A stretch of DNA of 64,000 bases from positions 36,566 to 100,565 of the forward strand of contig JBIOJG010000012.1 of NCBI GenBank assembly GCA_044450645.1. The letters are read 5' to 3'. Positions within the stretch are counted from its first letter, which is position 1. Every line of letters starts with the position of its first letter. Below the pieces are notes generated by a model, which ran no database searches, was not told the origin of the DNA, and worked only from the letters and a program-made list of their open reading frames with translations. Below, piece by piece: positions 16,322-25,360 of the stretch. A program made the position numbers and the translations under genes. This DNA is from Candidatus Binatia bacterium. GTDB lineage: Bacteria > Desulfobacterota > Binatia > HRBIN30.

Positions 16322-16969
16322 TCACGAGCCGCGCACGGCGCGAACGGAAAACGGCAGCGTCTTATCGAAAAGATTCAAGATGCCGTAGTTCGGGTCTACA
16401 GTCCACACGAAGCCTGGGATTGACGTATCCGCCGCCGTTGTCGACGACCAGTAATTGTTTAGGATAGTGGTGCAGCTACAGGTCAGTACCGTGCAGCCCG
16501 GTGCGCATGCCGTGTTGAAGAGCGGATCGATCGCAGGGGCAAAGCGCGCGTAGTCGACCAGGCTACGCAACTCGGTCACGCTCGGCATCCGCCAGTCGTT
16601 GTGCCCGGCGAAGTTGCTTTGGTTCAGCGTCGCGAGAAACGTCGTGAATGCCGTGCCGTCGGCGGCGGTGCCGGTACTGCTCCAGGTGTACGTACGGTCT
16701 TGATCGTGGATGCTCCCGTCGGCGCTCTTCTTCTCCCACACAAGTCTGGTGCTAGCGTCGGTAATCGTGCCGTCGCCGTTGTCTACGAAGCGCGGTCCCG
16801 GCGTCGGACAGCCGGTCAGGGCGTTATTGACCGCCGTGAGGATTTCATCGACGGTCACCTTTCCGTCGCCGTTGAAGTCGCCCTCGCATCGGTCGCAGCA
16901 CTGGGCCCGGACCCCTGCGGGCCAGAGGGCCAGAACTACGGTGGCAAACACCAGGATGATCGCATGCAT
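16322..16969 (-). CDS. Secreted DUF1566 (Lcl C-terminal domain) protein with an N-terminal dockerin/EF-hand-like Ca-binding loop
   Basis: ATG 16969 follows SD GGAGG (16976-16980, complement). The signal peptide is MHAIILVFATVVLALWPAGVRA. It is followed by QCCDRCEGDFNGDGKVTVDEILTAVNNALTGCP. DUF1566 hallmarks are LVWEKK, DWRMPSVTELRSLVDY, YWSSTT and VRAVRG. Confidence 0.75.
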   Translation of the reverse strand: MHAIILVFATVVLALWPAGVRAQCCDRCEGDFNGDGKVTVDEILTAVNNALTGCPTPGPRFVDNGDGTITDASTRLVWEKKSADGSIHDQDRTYTWSSTGTAADGTAFTTFLATLNQSNFAGHNDWRMPSVTELRSLVDYARFAPAIDPLFNTACAPGCTVLTCSCTTILNNYWSSTTAADTSIPGFVWTVDPNYGILNLFDKTLPFSVRAVRGS

Positions 16970-17187
16970 TGCAAGCCTCCTTGTCTGAGAGGTTGAGGTG
17001 GGCTTCCCCTCCTTGCGGTTTCGCGAGAACGGCATTTCACTCGGCCGCGGTGAAGTCAATGCCCACGCACCGGTTGCTACCGAATGCGGGTTCCACAGGC
17101 CGATCGATGAGGAAGACTTGATCAACAGCGTCACCTGTGGGGGAAAGTCCGCAGGGCCTGGGGCAAATTCCTCAATCGCGGCCACGG

Positions 17188-17583
17188 TCAATGACGGCGC
17201 TCCAGCGCCTGGCAAACCAGCTTCTCGAGATCGTCGAAGTTGAAGGGCTTGCGGAGATACTTGCACGCCCCAAGGCGCGCCGCCTCCGTTGCCGAGCAAT
17301 CCTCCTCGAACGCGGTCATCACGATTACGGCGGGGGTAGCTTCGCTCCCCTCGTTGATGTGTTTGAGAACCGTGGCGCCGTCCACATCTGGCAGTCGCAT
17401 ATCCAGAAACACAACAGCGGGATGGAGTTGGCGGCAGAGCGCGATGCCCTCAGTGCCTGTCCCCGCACCCACGACCTCGTAGCCGACCAAGCCGAGGGTC
17501 TGCTGGATCGACCACCGAATCATTTCCTCGTCGTCTACCACGAGTACCCTCGTCATTGACGGCGCTGCACGTTCAATCGACAT
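17188..17583 (-). CDS. Single-domain (CheY-like) response regulator
   Basis: Receiver-domain features are RVLVVDDEEMIRWSI...VVFLDMRLPDVDG...VIVMTAF...GACKYLRKPF. The start is ambiguous (ATG 17583 or ATG 17556). Confidence 0.85.
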   Translation of the reverse strand: MSIERAAPSMTRVLVVDDEEMIRWSIQQTLGLVGYEVVGAGTGTEGIALCRQLHPAVVFLDMRLPDVDGATVLKHINEGSEATPAVIVMTAFEEDCSATEAARLGACKYLRKPFNFDDLEKLVCQALERRH

Positions 17584-17771
17584 GAATACACGTTCCCGGC
17601 TCGCCTACAGTACCAGCGAAAGCCAAGGCGCTGCCCCCTCGGGCAGCCGGATGAGCAAGGAATATGCCTCGGTGCAGACTTCTCATGCATACGAGCTGGC
17701 GGCAGTTGCCACGAGGACGTTTGCGCACAAAGACGCAGCACTTTGCTCCGCCCCGGTGGGTATGGTAGGCC

Positions 17772-18404
17772 GTGCTAGTCCGTTACAGCTTCAATGTCAG
17801 CGGCAAGCTAAAGGTCGGCAATCGACCCATCAACCTCGGGGCCAGCCTCGATTTCAATTGGCTGTCGCTGTTTTACAGCGGTCAACGTCTGCGCCAGGAC
17901 GTGTTTGCCGGCGACGCCAGCGACATCCTCGGGCCCATCAACGCCGACACCATGGGGGTCGAAACGCACTGGCGCTCCGCTTTGGGAGAGGCGCGGCTGT
18001 TGAACGAGTACCTGACCTACGATGCCAACGACCTGAACTACCGGGCCTTCAGTTTCACTCAGAGCGCGCTGGGAAACCCGCGCCGCTGGCTCACCGTCGG
18101 GATGAGCGGGACCGAGAGTTTCTATGACTTCGGTATGCCGCGACGTAATCGAACGTTTTTCAGCCAACGCGGCACTGCTGGGTGGCGATCACAGTTCGGC
18201 CTCAGTATCGATGCCTTCGCGGGGTTCCATTATCAACGCGAGACGGCCGTGCCGCTCAACCAACTAGTGGAATTCGGTACCCATGCGCGCTGGGTCGCTG
18301 GCCAGTTCACTCTGAGTCTCAGTTACGATCACGCCATTCAGGACATCGGTACATTCAACCGGACGGGCGACCTGGTCCGCTTCGATACGATTCGGCGGTT
18401 CTAA
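17772..18404 (+). pseudogene. Probable 5-prime-truncated remnant of a porin-like beta-barrel gene (paralogue of the C-terminal part of 8361-10436)
   Basis: This 210-aa ORF starts at GTG directly after an in-frame TAG (17766-17768). It has no signal peptide and a beta-strand-like composition. Its C-terminus ...WVAGQFTLSLSYDH...GDLVRFDTIRRF resembles ...WTIGKVSLSVGASAY...HELVFVNLRRRLF of the 691-aa barrel. It occupies the same position (before the NHL and cytochrome genes) as the full-length barrel. Confidence 0.4.
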
Positions 18405-19463
18405 ATGACAAATCCCGACCGGAAGCGATTTGACTGCTGGACGCGTGCGATCGGTGGTGCGGTTGGCGTTTGCATCCTGACGCTGTTTGCCGGATGCGAC
18501 CACCTGCGGCCACAACCGGACGCGGCGGCGTCACGACCGCGCTTGATGTGGCCGGCGCCACCCGAGCGGGAGCGTATCGAGCTGGTGCAAATCTTCCGCG
18601 CCCCTTCGGAACTTGGCATCCGGCGCTCGTTCTGGCGCCGGCTGGGCGGCCTGATTACTGGCGGCCGTGAATCGCACCTGGTGCGGCCTGCGGGTGTTGC
18701 CGCCGCCGGAAACCTGATTGCCGTGGCGGACACCGGCGGGGGCATTCTCGACCTCTATGATCTTGAGCGCCACCGCTTCCGCGCCGTGTCGGCGTGCGGC
18801 AATGCCGAATTGCGCGAGCCGGTGGCGGCGGCGTTTCTCAACGACCGGCTCTACGTCGCTGACGCCGGCACGGCTCGCATCGAGATTTTCGACCGCGAGG
18901 GTGAGTGCGCTGGAGGCTGGCAGCTCGATGAAGGATCGCGTCCGGCTGGACTGGTTGCCGATTCAACGCGTGGCCGCCTTTACGTGGCGGACCCCGGCGC
19001 CCATCAGGTGCTGGTGTTCGACGCGACCGGTGCCGTCACGGCGCGCATCGGACATCGCGGCACCGGACCGGGTGAGTTCAATTACCCGGGTTGGCTGGCA
19101 CTGGATGCGCGGGGCCGGCTGTACGTCACCGACGCATTGAACTTCCGCATTCAGATCTTCGAGCCGGACGGTACCCTGATCTCCACCTTTGGCCATCTCG
19201 GTGACGGCACGGGAGATTTCGCGCGGCCCAAAGGCGTTGGCATTGACCGGGACGGACACGTCTACGTGGTCGACGCGCTTTTCGATGCAGTACAGATATT
19301 CGACGCGCACGGGAGTTACTTGCTGGGGTTCGGTCAGCACGGGACGCGCGAAGGACAGTTCTGGCTCCCCTCGGGTTTGACCATCGATGGCGACCGTATC
19401 TATGTGGTCGATTCCTACAACCAACGCGTGCAGGTGTTCCGCTATCTCGGAGGCAGTGAATGA
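18405..19463 (+). CDS. NHL-repeat beta-propeller lipoprotein (NHL-3, close paralogue of NHL-2)
   Basis: The lipobox is CILTLFAGC/DH. The segment LYVTDALNFRIQIFEPDGTLISTFGHLGDGTGDFARPKGVGIDRDGHVYVVDALFDAVQIFDAHG...FWLPSGL...IYVVDSYNQRVQVFR is nearly colinear with NHL-2. The ATG abuts the stop of the upstream ORF. Confidence 0.85.
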   Translation: MTNPDRKRFDCWTRAIGGAVGVCILTLFAGCDHLRPQPDAAASRPRLMWPAPPERERIELVQIFRAPSELGIRRSFWRRLGGLITGGRESHLVRPAGVAAAGNLIAVADTGGGILDLYDLERHRFRAVSACGNAELREPVAAAFLNDRLYVADAGTARIEIFDREGECAGGWQLDEGSRPAGLVADSTRGRLYVADPGAHQVLVFDATGAVTARIGHRGTGPGEFNYPGWLALDARGRLYVTDALNFRIQIFEPDGTLISTFGHLGDGTGDFARPKGVGIDRDGHVYVVDALFDAVQIFDAHGSYLLGFGQHGTREGQFWLPSGLTIDGDRIYVVDSYNQRVQVFRYLGGSE

Positions 19464-21316
19464 ATTCGAGGGTGTGCCTTTTTGGACTCGCGTTCGTGGT
19501 GATGCTTGCGTCAGCACTCCCGGCAGGCGCCGGCATCGAGCGCACCCCGCACAATCTAACGGCATCGGGGCCGGGACGGTTTCGTGGCGGCCTGCAGGCG
19601 AACCTGTGCACCTTCTGTCATACTCCGCACAACGCCAAGGCGACGCGGGCGCTGTGGAATCACCAGCTGCCGGCCCAGACGTACACGCTCTACGAGAGCA
19701 GCACCCTCGAAGCCCAGTTGCAGCAGCCGACGGGCAGCTCGCGTCTGTGTCTGAGCTGCCATGACGGCACGATTGCGCTCGGAGCCCTGGTCGAGCACCC
19801 GGAGCCGTCCCTGGGACCCCTTACCGGGCCGGCCGTTCTCGGCACCGATCTGTCCGACGATCATCCGATTTCATTCGTCTACGACCGAGTGCTGGCGTCG
19901 CATCGACAGGGCCTCGCCGATCCGACGACCTTGGTGGGGCCTGCGAAGGTCGATGAAAACAGTCAGATGCAGTGCACCTCATGTCACGACCCACACTCGG
20001 ATCGCTACCCGAATTTTCTGGTTACCGATGTGGAGTATTCACGGCTCTGCGTCACCTGCCATGTCCTACAACTCTGGCAGGATTCGGCGCACGCCACCTC
20101 GTCCGCCATGACCAAAGGGGCGGGATCCCTCCCCGGCTGGGGCTTCCCCAAAGTGGCCGAGAACGGTTGCGCCAGCTGCCATCGCACGCATAACGCCGAG
20201 CACCCCGTGCGTCTGTTGCGCTCGACGACTGAGGAGGGGGTGTGCCTGTCGTGCCACAGTGCCGGCGGCGCAAGCGGCCTGGTTGCCGAAAAAGACATCG
20301 GCACGGAGTTTCTCAAGCCGAGCACGCACCCGATTGCTGCCTACACTGACGTTCACGATCCGGCCGAGAACCCACTCACCATGCCCGTGCATGTCGAGTG
20401 CGTCGATTGTCACAACCCGCACCAGACCCGCCAGCAAAGCGTGACGGGCATGCTTGCCGGACCGCTCACCGGGGTTTCTGGGATAGATATCACCGGCGGC
20501 GTTCGGCAGCTGGCCAGCTTCGAGTACGAGGTGTGCCTCAAGTGTCATGCTGTCATCCAGTCGCCTTCGCCAGTGGTCTTCCGCGTCGATGACATCACCA
20601 ATGTGCGACTCAAGATCGATCCGGCAAACCCGTCATTCCACCCGATTGCCGCCGCCGGAAAGAATCCGATGATCCGCGGCCTGCTGCCCGGCCTGACGGC
20701 AGCAAGCATCCTCACGTGTACGAGTTGCCACAACAACAACGCCGTCTCCGGCGGCGGGACGCTGGTGCCGCGCGGGCCGCACGGGTCGATTTATACGCCG
20801 ATCCTCCAGCGCGACTACCGTCTCGAAGGCGCATCGAGTCCCGAGTCGTTTGATCTCTACGCCCTGTGCTACAACTGCCATGATCGCACGGTGCTCTTTC
20901 AGTCACCCAGTTATCCGACCCCGCCCTTGGACATCGGCGGGATACACATCAAGCACGTGCAGGAGCAGGGCGCCTCGTGCGCCGTCTGCCATGATGCGCA
21001 CGGATCACGGAGCAATTTCCACCTGATCAATTTCATGACCTCTGATCGCACTGGGAACCCGGTCGTGACGGCGTCGAGCGCTGGCTACATCAAGTACCAA
21101 TCACCCGGTGTCGGCAGTGGGAGTGGGAGCTGCACGTTGACCTGCCACGGCCAAGATCACAATCCGGGCGGTCTGCCGCCGACCGGAGTCTACGGCCCGG
21201 CAGCGCTGCTGGCTCCCGCGGCACGGAGAGCCGCGCCGGCCGGCCGTGTGCCGCAAGCGCCGGTGCCGCAGCCGGCCGGCTCGATTCCGATACGCCCCAA
21301 GACCGGCGTGCCGTGA
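19460..21316 (+). CDS. Multihaem c-type cytochrome: 11 CXXCH plus one CX3CH (paralogue of 11578-13539)
   Basis: An ATGA overlap joins it to the NHL-3 stop. The signal peptide is MNSRVCLFGLAFVVMLASALPAGAG. Motifs are CTFCH, CLSCH, CTSCH, CVTCH, CASCH, CLSCH, CVDCH, CLKCH, CTSCH, CYNCH, CAVCH and CTLTCH. It has a Pro/Ala-rich C-terminal tail. Confidence 0.85.
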   Translation: MNSRVCLFGLAFVVMLASALPAGAGIERTPHNLTASGPGRFRGGLQANLCTFCHTPHNAKATRALWNHQLPAQTYTLYESSTLEAQLQQPTGSSRLCLSCHDGTIALGALVEHPEPSLGPLTGPAVLGTDLSDDHPISFVYDRVLASHRQGLADPTTLVGPAKVDENSQMQCTSCHDPHSDRYPNFLVTDVEYSRLCVTCHVLQLWQDSAHATSSAMTKGAGSLPGWGFPKVAENGCASCHRTHNAEHPVRLLRSTTEEGVCLSCHSAGGASGLVAEKDIGTEFLKPSTHPIAAYTDVHDPAENPLTMPVHVECVDCHNPHQTRQQSVTGMLAGPLTGVSGIDITGGVRQLASFEYEVCLKCHAVIQSPSPVVFRVDDITNVRLKIDPANPSFHPIAAAGKNPMIRGLLPGLTAASILTCTSCHNNNAVSGGGTLVPRGPHGSIYTPILQRDYRLEGASSPESFDLYALCYNCHDRTVLFQSPSYPTPPLDIGGIHIKHVQEQGASCAVCHDAHGSRSNFHLINFMTSDRTGNPVVTASSAGYIKYQSPGVGSGSGSCTLTCHGQDHNPGGLPPTGVYGPAALLAPAARRAAPAGRVPQAPVPQPAGSIPIRPKTGVP

Positions 21317-21323
21317 GGCCGCG

Positions 21324-22268
21324 CTAGAACAGCGTCGTGATCAGCGTGCCGAGGACGGAGATCGGGCTCTGATCTTCGAGACCGGAGGCGGCGCGATCGA
21401 CTCCCCGGAGCGCGGACTGCGCGTCCTGATACAGCGAATCGTCCTGGACCATACGTCCGAGGGTGCCCTCGCCCTTACGTACCTGCGCGGAGACTTCCTC
21501 CAGGTTGTTGGCGGTGACGTTGAGCTGAGCGACGGCTTCGCGGACGTCGTCGTAGAGCGCGCCGTCGCTGTTCACCAACTTGCCGAGATCGCCTTCGCCC
21601 CGCGCCAGTCGGGTGGAGACCTTTTGCAGATCGGCCAGCACGGCGTCGGCGTGGTCGTACAGGCCACCATCGTTGAGCAGCTTAGCCAACGTTCCGGTGC
21701 CGCGGTCGAGCTTCGACGTGATCGAGTCGATGTTGCCGAGTGTCTGCTGCAGTGCCGTGCGGTTTTCTTCGATCATGGCGTTGACGTTGTTGAGCAGCCG
21801 GTCCTGATTCTGGTTGAGCGAGTCGGCAAGATCCTGAACGCTCTTCGCCACGCCCTTCATGTCGCCGATCATTTGAGTGAGGCTTGGCGGGATCTCGCCT
21901 TCCACCGTGTCGCCGCTTTTCAGCACCGGAGAACCGGGGGTGCCGAGGGAGATGGAGACGAAGCGGTTGCCGCTCAAGGCCTGGTAGTCGAGCCGGGCGA
22001 CAGAATCCCGATGCACGACAGTGTTGTCTTCGATCCGCAGCCTGACGCGCACGCCATCGGGCTGGAGGGTGATGCCGTCAACCTTGCCCAGCTTGAGGCC
22101 GGCCACCTGTACAGGATCGCCGGCGCGCAGGCCTTCAACGTTGGGATAGTTCACGTAGAGGTCATACGCCTTGGTGAACAGACCGGTGCCGACCGTTGAC
22201 TCCACGGCCGCGAACACCAGTAAGATGCCGATGAGAAAAAAGAGCCCAACCTTCTGTTCGTTCGTCAT
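21324..22268 (-). CDS. mlaD: MlaD/MCE-domain protein (periplasmic component of an Mla-type ABC lipid transporter) with C-terminal GTLGKL repeats
   Basis: The N-terminal TM segment is VGLFFLIGILLVFAAV. The MCE domain reads YDLYVNYPNVEGLRAGDPVQVAGLKLGKVDGITLQPDG.VRVRLRI. Three G(T/E)G(T/D)LGK(L/M)V.D..LY repeats follow. An alternative start lies at 22295. Confidence 0.8.
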   Translation of the reverse strand: MTNEQKVGLFFLIGILLVFAAVESTVGTGLFTKAYDLYVNYPNVEGLRAGDPVQVAGLKLGKVDGITLQPDGVRVRLRIEDNTVVHRDSVARLDYQALSGNRFVSISLGTPGSPVLKSGDTVEGEIPPSLTQMIGDMKGVAKSVQDLADSLNQNQDRLLNNVNAMIEENRTALQQTLGNIDSITSKLDRGTGTLAKLLNDGGLYDHADAVLADLQKVSTRLARGEGDLGKLVNSDGALYDDVREAVAQLNVTANNLEEVSAQVRKGEGTLGRMVQDDSLYQDAQSALRGVDRAASGLEDQSPISVLGTLITTLF

Positions 22269-22307
22269 GTCATTCCCTCGCTGCTTCCCTACCAAGGGGG
22301 CAATGCT

Positions 22308-23063
22308 TCAGAGATTCAGATTTGCGGCTCGTATGAACTCCTGCGTGTGTGGGTTGTCGCTGCGGCCGAGGGCGCTGGCCGGTTGATAATCCACGATCAG
22401 CCCTTTGTGCAGTACGGCGATGTGCGTCCCGATACGCCCGGCGAGTGCCAGATTATGCGCCACGATGACCTGTGTGGTGCCTCGGGTTTCCTGGATGCGC
22501 TTCACCAATTGGCCGATCTGCTCGGTGAGGATCGGATCGAGGTCCGCCGTCGGCTCGTCGTACAAGATGACTTGCGGCTCCACCGCCAGCGCGCGGGCGA
22601 TGGCGACACGTTTCCGCATACCGCCGCTCAGGTCGCTCGGCATCTTGTCTTCGGTGCCGGCGAGATCGACCTGCTCGAGACAGGTCGCCACGATTTGCTT
22701 GATCTCATGCGCGGGATGCGTACGGTGCTCCTTCAGGCGCAAGCTGACATTCTCGGCGACCGTGAGGGAGTTCAGCAACGCGCTGCTTTGGAACACCATC
22801 GACAGCCTGAACGGTTTCTCTTCGGGCGGCAGCTGCAAATACTCCTCGAGATCCAGGCCGTTCAAGCGGATCGACCCAGCATCGGGCTTCTCCAGCCCGG
22901 CGATATGCCGCAGCAGCACCGACTTCCCTTCACCGCTGCCACCGACGATCACCATGATTTCGCCCGCGTCGATGTGCAGATCGACGCCTGTGAGCACGGC
23001 AAACCCATTGAAGGATTTCCGCAGCCCGCGAACGTCGATGCTAACGCCCCTTGTCTCGGCCAT
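22308..23063 (-). CDS. mlaF: ABC transporter ATP-binding protein, MlaF-like
   Basis: The Walker A motif is GGSGEGKS. The signature motif is LSGGMRKRVAIARAL. The Walker B motif is ILYDEPTADLDP. Confidence 0.9.
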   Translation of the reverse strand: MAETRGVSIDVRGLRKSFNGFAVLTGVDLHIDAGEIMVIVGGSGEGKSVLLRHIAGLEKPDAGSIRLNGLDLEEYLQLPPEEKPFRLSMVFQSSALLNSLTVAENVSLRLKEHRTHPAHEIKQIVATCLEQVDLAGTEDKMPSDLSGGMRKRVAIARALAVEPQVILYDEPTADLDPILTEQIGQLVKRIQETRGTTQVIVAHNLALAGRIGTHIAVLHKGLIVDYQPASALGRSDNPHTQEFIRAANLNL

Positions 23064-23066
23064 GGG

Positions 23067-23897
23067 TTAGAAGAGAATTGCCAAGCGCACGATGAAGTAG
23101 TCGAAGATGATAATCAACACGAAGCTCCATACCACCGCCGCCGTAGTGGATGCGGCGATGCCCGTCGCCCCGCCTCTCGTGCGCAGGCCCAGGGTGCAGC
23201 AAATGGTGGAAACGGTCATGCCGAAGACGACACCTTTGATGAGGCCGACCACCACGTCCCGGAACTTGACCCACTCCGTCAGGTTGTCCAGGTACTGGTG
23301 AACACTGATCTTGACTGCGGGGTCGATGGCCACGACCACTGCCCCACCGGCGATGCCGACGACATCGGCGTACAGGATCAGCATCGGCAGGGCCAGCGTC
23401 ATCGCAATGAATCGCGGCACGGACAGGAACTGGATGGGATCGATGTCCATCGTCTTCAGCGCGTTGATCTCGTCGTAAACGGCCATCGAACCCAACTCGG
23501 CGGCAATGGCCGACCCGGCGCGGCCGGCGAGCAGAAAGGCCATGATGATGGGGCCCAACTCCTTGGTCATCGCCAAGCCGACGATCGAGCCTAGGATCTC
23601 CTGGGTGTACTGCTGCAACTGGTCGGCGGCCTGGACGACGAGGACCATGCCGACAAACAAGGACACCAGGAAGGTCAGCGGCACCGTGTCGGTTCCGATC
23701 CGTACCATCTGCACCATGATGCGGGTCCAGGTACGGGGGGTGAGGCGTATGCGCCGCAGCGTGCCGAAGAAGACGAATGCCGCCTCACCCATGATCTGCA
23801 GCGTATCCAGGATCGGCCGGCCGATACCACCGAGAATGCCAGGGCGGCGCGGTTTCGGGACAAGAGGTCGTTCAATGGTGCCGCTAACGCTCGCCAT
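23067..23897 (-). CDS. mlaE: ABC transporter permease, MlaE-like
   Basis: MlaE family blocks are LVSLFVGMVLVVQ...ITKELGPIIMAFLLAGRAGSAIAAELGSMAVYDEINALKTMDIDPIQFLSVPRFIA. Confidence 0.85.
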   Translation of the reverse strand: MASVSGTIERPLVPKPRRPGILGGIGRPILDTLQIMGEAAFVFFGTLRRIRLTPRTWTRIMVQMVRIGTDTVPLTFLVSLFVGMVLVVQAADQLQQYTQEILGSIVGLAMTKELGPIIMAFLLAGRAGSAIAAELGSMAVYDEINALKTMDIDPIQFLSVPRFIAMTLALPMLILYADVVGIAGGAVVVAIDPAVKISVHQYLDNLTEWVKFRDVVVGLIKGVVFGMTVSTICCTLGLRTRGGATGIAASTTAAVVWSFVLIIIFDYFIVRLAILF

Positions 23898-23902
23898 GCT
23901 GT

Positions 23903-25360
23903 TTACCGTCCGAGGTCCAAGTACACGGGATACCGGGTCTGCTTACCGTCGGATGATATCAGATCCCAAAGCAGGCTCCAGTGCGGCGGTTGGTCACCGC
24001 GTTGCTGGCGGTTATAGACCTGCCAGAGCGGCGCATACAGGCGCTCGATGGTCGGATTGCGCGGGTAGAGAGCGTCGAGCAGAGCCAGTGTGGAGAACTC
24101 CTCGTTGGCGTCTTCTTCGCTGTTGCGGAAAAGCGGGAAGACCGTCCGGAGGTGCCGCTGGTGGCCGTATTGCGGCTCGAGCTCGTCGATCTTCCGTCCC
24201 AGGGCCAGCAGCACGTCACTGCGGTCGTAACGGTACGAATCCACCTCCTGCGTCTTCCAGCGATAAGCCGGCCACAGGATGAAGCCGCGATGGACATCGC
24301 CCTGCTGCGAATCCTCGTAAAACGGCGCCAGCCGCAAGGACGTGCGCTGTCCCGTTTTGAGATCGCGCTGCGAGACCCACAACGGCCATGGAAAGCCCCA
24401 GGTGTCGGTCTGAGCATCGCGATCGGTGGTGTGGGTGAAAAACGGTCCAAGGTACGATCGGCTCCGGACACTCGGTGAATCGATGCGTGAGAAGAGCGGG
24501 AAAGAGATCAGGCGCCGTTCGCGTTCAGGCCGGGCGAAGTGGCGCTCGTACGAGATGTAGAATGGCCACATGATGTATGTGAAGCGCTTCTGTTCACCTT
24601 CCTCGTCCCAACCGTAGAACGGCCAGATCCGGAAGCCGCGGCCGAGGGTGCCGGCGGTCCGTGAGTAGAAAGGGAAGGGCATCCACGTCCGCTCCACCAG
24701 CGGCTGCTTCAGGTGCAGATAGAACGGGAATGCGATCATATGGATGCGTTCGTAGCCGAAAAAATCGCGCAGGTCGGCATAGAAAGGCAGCACGGCGAGT
24801 TGGGTGCCGAGCACCCGGTTGTAGCGGTAGAACACCAGCGGAAAGATCGTGAAACGTCGGTCCCATTCATCCGGTCGCCGGGCATTCTGCGATTGAAAGC
24901 TGATCAATCCGGCGAAGCGGTGCTTGCTCTCCTCGGTGGTCCACCGCGAAATCCACACGGGGTAGAGCACCGCAAGCTCGCTGTGCCCGGCCTCCGGCCC
25001 TCGGGTGAAGGAGAAGAGTGGCCGCACTGTCAGCTCGTACGCCTCTGGTCCGCTCTCGTACGTTATCAGCGGGCCGAGGAGACGGAGGCTGTGCTGCCCC
25101 GAGGTGTCGCTGTGGTACCGGAACAGAGGCCACAGCTGAACATTGGCGCCCCACACCGGTGCGGCGAGCACACACAGGAGCGCGGCAATGGCCGCGCTCC
25201 TCGTGAGGCGCCGGTCCCTAGTTCTCTCCTCTCTCTTTGGGAGAGGACGAAGGTGAGGGAATGTGATGAGGACTTCGACCTTACTTCCCAGCGGGAACGC
25301 GCGTCGATCCCGGTCACGAGGTGAAGGTGATGTTCTGCAGATCGCGGGCACGGATCTCAT
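23903..25360 (-). CDS. Uncharacterised secreted protein with ~20 aromatic-Pro repeats (consensus hh(W/F)P(F/L)(F/Y)), first-but-one gene of the Mla-type operon
   Basis: The hydrophobic signal-like segment is RRLTRSAAIAALLCVLAAPVWG. Repeats include LWPLFRY, VRPLFSF, LYPVWIS, IFPLVFY, VLPFYAD, AFPFYLH, MPFPFYS, IWPFYGW, MWPFYIS, SFPLFSR, LGPFFTH, FPWPLWV, LAPFYED, LWPAYRW, VFPLFRN and YAPLWQV. The only in-frame start upstream of the signal segment is ATG 25360, which overlaps the upstream gene by 47 nt. Confidence 0.6.
   Translation of the reverse strand: MRSVPAICRTSPSPRDRDRRAFPLGSKVEVLITFPHLRPLPKREERTRDRRLTRSAAIAALLCVLAAPVWGANVQLWPLFRYHSDTSGQHSLRLLGPLITYESGPEAYELTVRPLFSFTRGPEAGHSELAVLYPVWISRWTTEESKHRFAGLISFQSQNARRPDEWDRRFTIFPLVFYRYNRVLGTQLAVLPFYADLRDFFGYERIHMIAFPFYLHLKQPLVERTWMPFPFYSRTAGTLGRGFRIWPFYGWDEEGEQKRFTYIMWPFYISYERHFARPERERRLISFPLFSRIDSPSVRSRSYLGPFFTHTTDRDAQTDTWGFPWPLWVSQRDLKTGQRTSLRLAPFYEDSQQGDVHRGFILWPAYRWKTQEVDSYRYDRSDVLLALGRKIDELEPQYGHQRHLRTVFPLFRNSEEDANEEFSTLALLDALYPRNPTIERLYAPLWQVYNRQQRGDQPPHWSLLWDLISSDGKQTRYPVYLDLGR

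Noticed and set aside
17694-17730. TGGCGGcagTTGCC / GCCACG...TTTGCG as a sigma-54 promoter for the second module
   Set aside because: The GG to GC spacing is wrong (8 or 14 nt instead of 10), so no credible -24/-12 promoter was found upstream of 17772.
17582-18127. 181-aa plus-strand ORF upstream of and overlapping the barrel remnant
   Set aside because: It is Arg/Gln/Ala-rich with no signal peptide and no beta-barrel character. It is not in frame with 17772-18404, so it cannot supply the missing N-terminus of the barrel.
19097-19111. TGGCACtggatGCGC, a sigma-54-like element
   Set aside because: It lies inside the NHL-3 coding sequence and lacks the TT of the -12 element. It is a likely chance match.
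21246-22199. 317-aa plus-strand ORF overlapping mlaD
   Set aside because: The minus strand encodes a clear MCE domain. The plus-strand product has no motifs and starts inside the cytochrome gene.
22347-23594. 415-aa plus-strand ORF overlapping mlaF and mlaE
   Set aside because: Walker A/B, the ABC signature and the MlaE blocks are all on the minus strand. This is a shadow ORF.
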